A DNA stretch of 64,000 bases from Tieghemostelium lacteum. Lineage: Eukaryota. Positions within the stretch are counted from its first letter, which is position 1. Each line of letters opens with the position of its first letter. The position numbers were made by a program, and so were the translations under genes. Under the pieces are notes generated by a model, which worked only from the letters and a program-made list of their open reading frames with translations, did not search any database and was not told the origin of the DNA. The stretch lies in NCBI GenBank assembly GCA_001606155.1, contig LODT01000028.1, forward strand, positions 470,735 to 534,734. The letters are read 5' to 3'. Positions 1 through 9,547 of this stretch are shown in pieces.

Positions 1-197
1 CATCTACAACAGCTGCAACAACATCTGAAACAAATACTGAAACTATAAATTTGGCAAATAACTATAGTTCTATTTACTATCTATTCAACATTCATTTATT
101 TAAATTGATTTTAAAGTAAGTTTGTTAAAAATAACCAAAATTTGGTGGTTTAATAGAGTGTTCTAACATTAATGTATATTCAAATTTTAAAAACAGA

Positions 198-1810
198 ATG
201 GAGTTTGATGATATTGTTTATCTATTAAATGATTACTATATTGAAGATGATGTTAATGGATATGATGATAATGATGATGAAGATAGTGATTATGAAAATA
301 TTGATGGTGAGGAATATATTGAAAATGTAGTAATCAATACCAATGCAATCAGTTCAGTTGTAGATGAGGATGACTATGTCTATGAACCATTTCAAACAAC
401 ATCAACAGATTTGAATGAGTTCTATCAGGACAATAAAGTCACGACTTGGTTGACAATATCCAGAAAATTAGAACCAATTATCAAAGCACTCTCTTATGAT
501 AATTTGATACAGGACACTGTTTGGGAGGATTTCTCTATTCTTGAAGATATCCAAGAGATCTCCACTCTCCTCTTCCAAAATCAAAATCTCAAAGAGATTT
601 ATGACTATTTCCCAAATTTTATCTATTTACTGCGTGATAGAATAGTTCACAAAACCACTGATATTCCATATATTTTACCAATAATTTTTAAAGTAATTCA
701 AGTTTCACCTGTAAATATAAATATACCCACTCATTATAACTACTTTGCCTAAACTAACAATATTTTAAATTTTATAAAATACAGGATGAATCCTCTGAAA
801 AACTATTAACACCATTCCAATTCAAAACTATCCTCTCCATTTTAGATAGTTTAGTTTGTATCAATAATCTACCAACTCAGTCTATTTTGGCATTAACCAA
901 ATACATATTAAAATATATGAACTATTTCCTGGATAGACTGTCATTCTGGGTAACTTTACCTAATGAACTCTTTAACCAAATCAATTCAAAATTTGAATTA
1001 GAATCTGTAAGTGTTAATAATTCTTTAATTGTATTTAATATTATGAAACTTTTATTAATATGAATTTGAATACAATTAGATATTAAATATAGTTAATTTT
1101 TATACAGAACATCCATTAAAAGAACAAGATAATGGTAACTGGAGTCAAACTATACTAAACAAGGGAATATTCTCTCAATATATGAATCTAGTTATTACTA
1201 AATTACTTGTGAACTCTGATGAAACCTCTATCAGAGCTGTTTCCATGTTTTGTTGTAAATCTGAAATGTTGAGTCATTTCATTCAAAAAGTACCTGAATT
1301 TATAGATTTGGTATTAAAGAATGAAAGATTCTCTGAGGAATTTGATCACTATCGTACCGTATGGTTCTTTATCCTATCTATACATCCTTTAAATCAATCT
1401 GATAAAGATAGTTATACAAATCAATTCAGTATGTATATTTACTGTTAACATTCCATTCACCAACATGTTCAATATCTCTAACACACATTTTATACAAATA
1501 TTTAATAGTTGATGGATTAGTAAAATCTGTTGAAAAAATTGAGTCAAAAGATAAAATTGCAATTCAAAAACTTGAAACCATCTTATCAATTCTTGTCATT
1601 TCGAAACAGAGTAATTCCAATCAATGGATATTTTCAAATGATAGCTCTCCACTACCACACCAATTATTAACATATGAAAAGAAACTCAATCATATGAAAA
1701 CTCAATTAACTTCAACCACTAACACTAGTAACGAAACCACTAATGAATTTCAAATTTTCTCTACCATTAGATCTTATCTAAAGTATCTTAGAGGCGGTGC
1801 AAACAAATAA
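198..1810 (+). CDS. Multi-exon gene for an acidic protein of unknown function. The N-terminus is Asp/Glu/Tyr-rich (MEFDDIVYLLNDYY...). Proposed exons: 198..692, 785..1006, ~1164..1428, 1509..1810.
   Basis: The ORF runs 198-752. A GTAATT donor at 693 and a ...aaatacag acceptor at 784 give an in-frame exon 785..1006 (DESSEKLLTPFQF...), with a GTAAGT donor at 1007. The ORF at 1182-1448 continues after an acceptor I could not place exactly; CAAG at 1163 keeps the frame. A GTATGT donor at 1429 and a TTTAATAG acceptor at 1508 lead to exon 4, which ends at TAA 1808-1810. Phases are consistent for this model. Confidence 0.4.
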
Positions 1811-2406
1811 ACAAGAATTCCCACCCATCAAAAGATTTTTTTTTTTTTTTTTTTTTTTACTCTTTTCAAAATGTCGGTTATTGTAAAACGTAGGCTTGAG
1901 TTCCTAATTACTGATGGAAATGAATAATGAATTGAAATTGCAATGAACAGGTTTTATTCCTCGGAAATGGGCAATAACTTTTCATCTCATTTGTATTAAA
2001 TTGAGAAATCTTTACCAAAAAATTTTTGATGATGTAATTAGGCCTTCTGTTTTAGAAACTAAGATTTTTTTTTTATTTTTTTTCTAGATTTTTTTTTACG
2101 AATCCAACAGAGTATATCATAATATTATTATATATAAAACATTTATTTTTATATATTAAAACAATTTTATATTACATTGGTCCATTCTTATATTTTGAAG
2201 AACCACACTAAATTAGAAACTTAAAAATTTTTAATTAACAAAAAAAAAAGTAATTTTCAAATTTGGGATCAATATCACACATTATAGTTAGAGATATATA
2301 TATTGAGGAAAAAATCAGAAATTAAATAGTAGTAATTAGTCAAATTTAATAGATCTTTGTGACTTTTAAAAAGGCATCAAAGAAAACAAAACAGATAGAA
2401 GACAAG

Positions 2407-3759
2407 ATGAATTATGGCATGATGAATGGTAATTTATCAATGATACCACAACAACAACATATGGAAAACGGAGTTGAGGAAGATCCTAGATTAGATTTAA
2501 TTTTACAAACCTCACCATTTGAGGAAAAAGTAACAAGAAATGGTCTACAAAAATTGATTAGGGTGGTTATTAAAAACTCACCATTTAATGTACAGCTAAA
2601 ACTTAAAAAATCTGATATAGATTTGAACCATGTTGCATTTGAATCAACACTGTTGTATGACTACGATAACAATGAAGAGAAAGAAGTGGATTTTGTTAAA
2701 TGTAAACCAGTAGAGCACAAGGCCACACCAAATGAACAGGGTGATACCATTAATGTAGAATTACGTATTAAAGTACTTACCTCCCAACACGAGGATATGT
2801 TCTTTAGAGTCAAGGTTGAAGGACAAGATCCCATCACCAAAGAGCCTATCAAAGGTTTATTTTGCCAAACCAACCCAATAAAAGTAATCAGTAAACCTGA
2901 ACAATTGAAAAAGAAACAGCCACCCAAAAAGAGAACATGGAATGACATTTTGATGGAATCTGTCTCAAAAATTCAACACCAACAAAACGAACAACAAAAA
3001 CTCATTGAAAAACTCATTGATTACAATATAAAAACACCACATAATATATTGAATGCTACCACTTTGATGGCTCAAAACGGTGGATCTGGTGGTCTGTTGA
3101 CCGCGTCTGGCAGCTCTATACTAAACAACAACAATAACAATAACAATCTAAATAGCGGAAAAACAGAATTTGAAGACTCTTTTAAACAGATGATGAATGC
3201 CTACACTCTTTTGGACCCTAGACAGAGGGCTGAAAAAGTTCGTAGAGTATTTCGTAATGCTTCTTCTAGAGACTCAGAAACTCTCTCTGAGTTACTGGAT
3301 CTTTTCATTACTGAAGGTGTTGGTGGTCCTCTTGGTACCATTGCTCCATTGCCTATATCCAACACACACGCCAACCAACAAATCACACAACAGCAACCTA
3401 TGAACATCTCTTTGAATAATAACAACAATCTCAATAGCTCACCTCTACTTCAATCACAAACATCACAACACCCACATTTACAACAACATTTACATTTACC
3501 ACAACAACAAAACACTACAACCACTAACAATAGCCTATCTCAATCAAACCAATCTCAAAACTCTGCACATCAACCCAACCCATTTTTAAATCACAACAAT
3601 CAATCACAACCTAACCAAAATCAACAAAATCAACAAAATCAAAATCAATCAAATCAAAACAGTAATGGTGAATATCCATTCTTTTCTACAATTCCAACTT
3701 CTTTTGACAATGAATTTAATTCATTTGGTAGCGGTAACAATGATTTTATTCAATTCTAG
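2407..3759 (+). CDS. Asn/Gln-rich nuclear-type protein of unknown function, with a basic KKKQPPKKR patch and long poly-N and poly-Q tracts.
   Basis: The continuous ORF is 2359-3759. The track start is GTG, and the first ATG is at 2407 (MNYGMMNGN...). Low-complexity N/Q runs are typical of dictyostelid nuclear proteins. I recognise no domain. Confidence 0.5.
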   Translation: MNYGMMNGNLSMIPQQQHMENGVEEDPRLDLILQTSPFEEKVTRNGLQKLIRVVIKNSPFNVQLKLKKSDIDLNHVAFESTLLYDYDNNEEKEVDFVKCKPVEHKATPNEQGDTINVELRIKVLTSQHEDMFFRVKVEGQDPITKEPIKGLFCQTNPIKVISKPEQLKKKQPPKKRTWNDILMESVSKIQHQQNEQQKLIEKLIDYNIKTPHNILNATTLMAQNGGSGGLLTASGSSILNNNNNNNNLNSGKTEFEDSFKQMMNAYTLLDPRQRAEKVRRVFRNASSRDSETLSELLDLFITEGVGGPLGTIAPLPISNTHANQQITQQQPMNISLNNNNNLNSSPLLQSQTSQHPHLQQHLHLPQQQNTTTTNNSLSQSNQSQNSAHQPNPFLNHNNQSQPNQNQQNQQNQNQSNQNSNGEYPFFSTIPTSFDNEFNSFGSGNNDFIQF

Positions 3760-4023
3760 ATCTCATTCATTAAAAATCAAACTCAACTATAAAAAATTCT
3801 CCAAAAATAACTGTCTCCCCTCCCCCATCTAACCTCCTTTTTTCCCCTCTCTCAAACTAAAACTTTCTCACACAATCATCTTGATGTAAAACTATATATA
3901 TAAATATTAATTGATATTGTAAATAAAAATATTAATTTTGCCAATGAATTTGAATACAACTAATATACAAAATGGTGGTGTTCTGTGGGTGTTTATTACT
4001 TTTCACTACTGTGGAGACCTACT

Positions 4024-7000
4024 CTAATAGATACCAAGTTGCTTTTTCATTTGCTCTTGTTTCCATACTTTTTGATTATCAAATTCACTCTTTGTCATTT
4101 TAAAGTGTTGGAAAAAGTCATCATCAGAAAGATATCTTTCCAATTTTGTTTTATCCAATGCTCTAGGTGGATGTTGAAGTTCATCCAAAGTATATTGTCT
4201 ATTAAGTTCACTCAAATAATCTTTGACCAAAACCATCTCTTCACAAGCTGGATTATGAATTTGAGTTTTTTGATCATTCCAACAATGGAAATATCTTCTG
4301 AATACTTTTGGTTCCAAACTGGATTGTATCAAATAACAGTTTAATAACACCTGGAAATTATCTTCACTTCCATCAACCATATTTGTTTTCTTTGCAACCA
4401 ATTGTGTATACTCCAAAACAGTGTTCATGGATTGAAGTTTTTCATCTTGTGTTGCATTTCTTCCTATCCAGAGGAAAATCATACTACCAACATCCAAAAT
4501 CATAACATCTTCATCATCAAGGTCTTGCTGGTCAAATTCAAATACTCTGTCAACTTTAAATGTACCAGATGAATACGAGCATTGATAGAGTTTTGGAGTT
4601 TGTTCTAATTTAAAACTAATAAAACTATCAGTTACCTCCTCTTCATCTTTTTCTTTAAAGAGATTAATGAATTCCAGAGGTTCTTGATCTTCCAATACCT
4701 TAATTATATCTATACCATTATACATTCTTTCAATGGTTTTATCGACTATTTCTTCAATATCTAAAATATTAGATGAGTAGTTACCTTTCCAAAGATAAAT
4801 ATTAAACACTTCCTCTTGAATTGTTGTTTTTACAATTTCATATTCTTCTTGTTGATCCTCTTCTTCTTCCTTCTTGTTTTCTTGATCACCATCAATATTA
4901 ATCTCATCGTTGTCTACATCTATAACTTGTTTTGCTGGTTTTGGTTTTACAATGAGTTCTTCTCTAACTGTATCTTTAACAGTGAACTCTTCAACCAATA
5001 TATAGTCATTGGAATTCAAATTACCAATATAGAAATCTCTAGTTACCAAAATTCTAAGATTTACATTATCACTATTATTGAAATGGTTACAAGACTTGAT
5101 ATGATACATTTTCTTATAGGGAGCTTGTTTTAGAAGTGTCTTATCATTATCCATTAAACCTTGGTGAATGGTAATACTTCCTTTGAATATTTTCATAAAA
5201 TGTACTGGCTCCTTGTTCTGAACGACACGTATCTGTTGTGCTACACCACCGATACTATCATCAAGATCAACAGTCAACAATGCGCTGGAACCCTTTTCAT
5301 TAATTGTTGATTTCTTTCCTTGCCAGAAATAAATGACATAGTGATCTTTGTTCTTTTGTTGATATTTATATAAAATTACATAACTCTCTCCATCATAAAA
5401 GTGACCATAGAGTTCGTTAGGCACAGGTTCTTTGGTGTGGTCTTTAACTCTCCATATCTGTACACTACCATTACCATCATCAATAACTCTACTGAAATAT
5501 ACAGGTGCTGGTAAACTCCATTGATCAATGATAGTCTGTGCTTTAAACTCTTCTTTCTTAACCTCTGCAACACGACCTTTTGCAATAGCCCCCATTGATA
5601 TAGGCAACGTGGAATTCCAATTAAAGAATTTTTCCTTAAACAATTCCGTCTCAGTACCTTCCGATATCTTCATTGGTTCAACCCATGCTGCTCTTCCTTT
5701 ACGTTTTTTCATAAACTCTTTAGTAAAGCTCATACAATGTTTCTTTACATTTTGATTCGACTGTTTACCAACCCATACATAAACCTCAGTCCAAGAGTCC
5801 AGAATATAGGTAAATTGATTCTGTTCCAAAAGAATCTCTTTCACCATTTTACCATTTGGATCTGGCGAAACTGCCTTTTCAGCGGATATCTCTGAACTTT
5901 CTTCAAGAAAATTCAACTGGTACAGTAAATCCTTATGTTTGATAGGTTTCTCAGAATCAGATTCTGGGATTTGTCCTGATGGTTTACCGCCTGGAATAAG
6001 AGACCAGAACTCATCTTCACCAGGTGACTTCTTGCCTTCTTCAATGACCTTTATTTGGGGTCTACCAGACCGTTCCTTGTTCTTTATACGACCTGCCAAA
6101 TCCATAGCTTTAGCAATTTGCATTTTATTTGATTTTGAACCTCTCCATTCATAGATGACAGATAAAGTGTCTAAAACATAACAGTTATTGCATCTGAATG
6201 ATTGACTTGACAACTCAACTAATCTAGGAATAATATTTTTTCTTCCGGTACATTGAATTAGTCTGAGATCAACTTGAGTATTGGTACTATTTAATTTCAT
6301 ATTCTTAAACTCTTGTAAGATGTCTTCAGATGATTGGTTTCCTTTTACACCAACAGATGCCAATAAACCAAATCCAGTGACAACTGAGCTTATATTAGTT
6401 CTAGATTTACTGTTATCAGTTGTTGTCTTGCTATTGGAATTCTGCATTGCCTTTATAGGATTAGCAGATGGCTTCTTTCTACCTGCTGGACCTATTGGTT
6501 TACTAATATTCTTTAATGTAGGTGACTGAATAGTAGTACCCATTGCAGCACCCAGAGTTGATTTAGTTTGTTGAGGTGTAGTAGTAACTTTAGAGGCAGT
6601 CTTTGTAGGAGTACTAGTTATTTTAGATGGTGTTTTAGTAATAGCTGTGCTTGTACTTTTAACAGGTGATTTTACAGCTACATTGCTACTTTTAGTTGGT
6701 GTCTTTGTAGTAGTAGCAGTAGTTTTAGCTGGAGCTTTTAATGCACTGGCACTTGTTACTGTAGTTTTTGCTGGTGTTTTAATTGAGGTTGTTGTAGCTG
6801 CCTTTGCTGGTGTTTTAGCAGTAGTGCTAGTTGTTTTAGCAGGTGTTTTAGCAATAGTACTAGTTGTTTTAGCTGGTACTTTTAAAACACTAGCAGAAGC
6901 TGATGTTGTTTTTGCTGGTGTTTTAATAGAGGTTGCTGTAGATGTTGAAGTGGTAGTAGTGGCTTTAGAAGCAGTAGTAGAAACTGCTTTACTTGGTGTT

Positions 7001-7869
7001 TTTATTGCTGGTGCTGTTTTAGCAGGTACTTTACTTCCTATGGATGTAGGTGTTGTTGTTGTTGTTGTCTTAGTTAGTACTTTAGCAGGGGTTGTTGCTG
7101 TTTTAACAGTTGCTTTGGTTGCTGTTGATGTTGAAGTTGAAGTTGAAGTTGTTTTAACTGGTGCTTTAATGGAAGTAGATGTTGTCGTAGTACTTGTTGA
7201 GGGTGGTTTTGTTATTTTAGTAGCAGCAGTGGATGTAGTTGTTTTTGGTGTTGCAGTTTTAGCTGGTAATTTACTAGTAGTTACTGAAATACTAGTTGGT
7301 TTTGCTACAATTTTTGAAATTGTAGGTTTATCTGTAACTATAGATTTTGTATTTGTTGATGAAGTAGATTTAGTGGTAGTTGTAGTTGTAGTTTTCAAAG
7401 TTGTTGTAGTGGATGTTGTGGATTTTGTAGACTTTGAAACTGCAGTAGTTCCACTAGGTTTCTTTACTATTGCTGTAGCTGGTTTCTTAATTGAGGATGT
7501 TGTGGTAGTGGGTTTCTTAACAGATGAGGGTGAACTAGTAGATGTTGTAGCAGTAGTAATTGTAGTTGTAGTATTAGGTACAACTGCAATCTCATCTTTC
7601 TGTTCAACCTTATCTTTGTCCACTTTTGTTACTTGATCTTCTGAATTATCTGTTGAAACTGTAAATGTTGTAGTGGTAACAGTTGGTTCTACTACAACTT
7701 CAGTTGTAGTTAAAGATGTTTCTTTTACAGTTGTGTTACTATTCGATTTTGGTTTCAGTTGACTTGAGATTGTCGCTGGTTTCTTTATACCAGGTTTGGA
7801 AGTATCAGGTGACTTTGCATTTAAAGCAGATTTCTTTGAAGTAGGTGCCTGGATACTTTTTCCACTCAT
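4024..7869 (-). CDS. Villin/gelsolin-family actin-binding protein. It has a long Thr/Ser/Pro/Lys-rich repetitive N-terminal region, gelsolin-type repeats and a C-terminal villin headpiece. Similar in overall layout to GRP125/villidin.
   Basis: Single 1281-aa ORF. The C-terminus ...LDKTKLERYLSDDDFFQHFKMTKSEFDNQKVWKQEQMKKQLGIY matches the villin headpiece consensus (LE.YLSD.DF...F.M....F..LP.WKQ...KK...LF). The central part has gelsolin-like segments (WRVKDHTKEPVP..., FYDGESYVILYKYQ..., QIWRV). The N-terminal 450 aa are TTTS/KTPAKTTS repeats. Confidence 0.8.
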   Translation of the reverse strand: MSGKSIQAPTSKKSALNAKSPDTSKPGIKKPATISSQLKPKSNSNTTVKETSLTTTEVVVEPTVTTTTFTVSTDNSEDQVTKVDKDKVEQKDEIAVVPNTTTTITTATTSTSSPSSVKKPTTTTSSIKKPATAIVKKPSGTTAVSKSTKSTTSTTTTLKTTTTTTTKSTSSTNTKSIVTDKPTISKIVAKPTSISVTTSKLPAKTATPKTTTSTAATKITKPPSTSTTTTSTSIKAPVKTTSTSTSTSTATKATVKTATTPAKVLTKTTTTTTPTSIGSKVPAKTAPAIKTPSKAVSTTASKATTTTSTSTATSIKTPAKTTSASASVLKVPAKTTSTIAKTPAKTTSTTAKTPAKAATTTSIKTPAKTTVTSASALKAPAKTTATTTKTPTKSSNVAVKSPVKSTSTAITKTPSKITSTPTKTASKVTTTPQQTKSTLGAAMGTTIQSPTLKNISKPIGPAGRKKPSANPIKAMQNSNSKTTTDNSKSRTNISSVVTGFGLLASVGVKGNQSSEDILQEFKNMKLNSTNTQVDLRLIQCTGRKNIIPRLVELSSQSFRCNNCYVLDTLSVIYEWRGSKSNKMQIAKAMDLAGRIKNKERSGRPQIKVIEEGKKSPGEDEFWSLIPGGKPSGQIPESDSEKPIKHKDLLYQLNFLEESSEISAEKAVSPDPNGKMVKEILLEQNQFTYILDSWTEVYVWVGKQSNQNVKKHCMSFTKEFMKKRKGRAAWVEPMKISEGTETELFKEKFFNWNSTLPISMGAIAKGRVAEVKKEEFKAQTIIDQWSLPAPVYFSRVIDDGNGSVQIWRVKDHTKEPVPNELYGHFYDGESYVILYKYQQKNKDHYVIYFWQGKKSTINEKGSSALLTVDLDDSIGGVAQQIRVVQNKEPVHFMKIFKGSITIHQGLMDNDKTLLKQAPYKKMYHIKSCNHFNNSDNVNLRILVTRDFYIGNLNSNDYILVEEFTVKDTVREELIVKPKPAKQVIDVDNDEINIDGDQENKKEEEEDQQEEYEIVKTTIQEEVFNIYLWKGNYSSNILDIEEIVDKTIERMYNGIDIIKVLEDQEPLEFINLFKEKDEEEVTDSFISFKLEQTPKLYQCSYSSGTFKVDRVFEFDQQDLDDEDVMILDVGSMIFLWIGRNATQDEKLQSMNTVLEYTQLVAKKTNMVDGSEDNFQVLLNCYLIQSSLEPKVFRRYFHCWNDQKTQIHNPACEEMVLVKDYLSELNRQYTLDELQHPPRALDKTKLERYLSDDDFFQHFKMTKSEFDNQKVWKQEQMKKQLGIY
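6560..7620. repeat. Degenerate tandem coding repeats of about 30-33 nt encoding Thr/Ser/Ala/Lys/Pro repeats (KTPAKTTSTTA-type) inside the villin-like gene.
   Basis: There are repeated units gctggtgttttagcagtagt... / ggtgttttaatagaggttg.... On the antisense strand they give an artefactual poly-Val ORF (6647..7636). Confidence 0.6.
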
Positions 7870-9547
7870 AATTGTAATTATTTTTTAATTTTATCTCCAC
7901 TCATCCAACAGTGTTAATAAAAAATATCTATCTAAATAGTTTTTTTTTAAATTATGTGGGGTGAATCTGAATGGTGAGAAAATATCCAAATAAATTTTTA
8001 TTTATGATTTATAAATACTTTTGTGTATATATATTTAAATGTATATATCTTATCTCATTGAGCAATTTAATTTTTTAATGTTCAGTTATTACAAATTAAT
8101 CTATATTATAAATTTGGGTGGGCAAGCACTAAAAATCAATTTTGAAGCTCCAACACAATCCAATTTAAAAAATGTGGATATGTCCAAATGTAAATGAAAG
8201 AATAGAATGGGAACTATTCGATTACTTTAATAGGTGTAGGTAGGAAATGAACAATGTTGTTGTCATAGGAATACCTCGATTTTAAAAGTTAAAATAGAGG
8301 TCAAAAACTCTTTTATAAAAAAACAGATATTTTAGAATAATTCCAATGATCTAATTTTTATGTGTTTATGATGAAACATTAACAAATAAAATAAACAAAT
8401 AAAAAATAAAAGAATATCGTGATCAGGCATCATAAATTCAATATTGCAATGAATCATTTAACTGCATTTTTTACCCTATCCTTCCTCAATCCGTCCTCTA
8501 AAAAATTTAAATATTTTAGTTTATGATTCATAAACTGACAAAAGGTCCACCTTGTAAAAAAAAAAAAACAAATTAAATTTTTTTAAAAATATTACAATCC
8601 TATTTAATTTATATTGAAAAGTATATTTTAAGATTTTTATTTATAAATATATATTTTATATTATCTTTCAACTGTTTTTTTTAGGGGTTACAACAGAGAA
8701 ATTAATATTAACAACACTATTGGAAAACTTAAATAGAACAATTATTCATATTGTAAAGAGAGTCTTTCAGAAAGGGTACTCTCTAATCTCAACTAGTTAA
8801 ACAACGAAATTCGAATAATTTACTACATATAGGTAAGCTTTTGATTTGATTAAGCCTTTTGAAAATTGGAATTTCATTGGTTAGTGTTGTTCAACTAAAA
8901 ACAATAATTGTGACATGTATGACAATGTGTGGGATGTTTTTGTGTGGTTATGTATTTTTTACAAGCGAACAACTTTTATATTTTGGGGTGGTTACTTTAA
9001 TATTTATATTTAAATATCTTTAATAAATTTAATTAAAATCTCTTAATGATATTTATATTCATATTATACTTGTAATGCCTTATTAATATACACTACAATT
9101 TATATAGTTATAAATGATGTTATTTGATGGGAACCACCCCTTCACCCTCACACACCAAAAAATTGAAAATTAAAGAAAGAGTGAAAAAAATAATTACAAT
9201 AATATAATTCATCTCTCATTTTGTGTTTATACTTTTTTCCAAATTCCTCCCCCCCCCCCAAAGATACCCAACAACAATGTTCGTGTTTTAATCAAACAAA
9301 CACCATCATTAATTAATTTTTTGTAATATATTAATTTATTTTTTTTCCTTACCTCTAATACCAGGACATTGGTTCTAATAACTTCTTATAATTTTTAATA
9401 TTCTTTAATTAATCTTATAATTACTTTAAAAAGCTATCTTTTTTGAAAAAAAAAATCTTACAGGTTACTCAAAGAAAAAAAAAAAAAAACAACTACAAAA
9501 GAGGTTTTTACACAGACAGTTTTAAAGTCATTAGTCATAAAGATAAA

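Noticed and set aside
2661-3434. Short antisense ORFs within the 2407..3759 gene
   Set aside because: They overlap a longer, compositionally coherent sense ORF and lack start context or features.
6647-7636. 329-aa poly-Val/Ala ORF on the plus strand
   Set aside because: It is antisense to the Thr/Ser repeat region of the villin-like gene. The ACN/GTN repeat periodicity makes it a translation artefact.
9236-9252. C11 homopolymer in an otherwise AT-rich intergenic region
   Set aside because: It is an isolated low-complexity tract in the 1.6-kb bidirectional promoter region between the villin-like and bZIP genes. There is no evidence of function.
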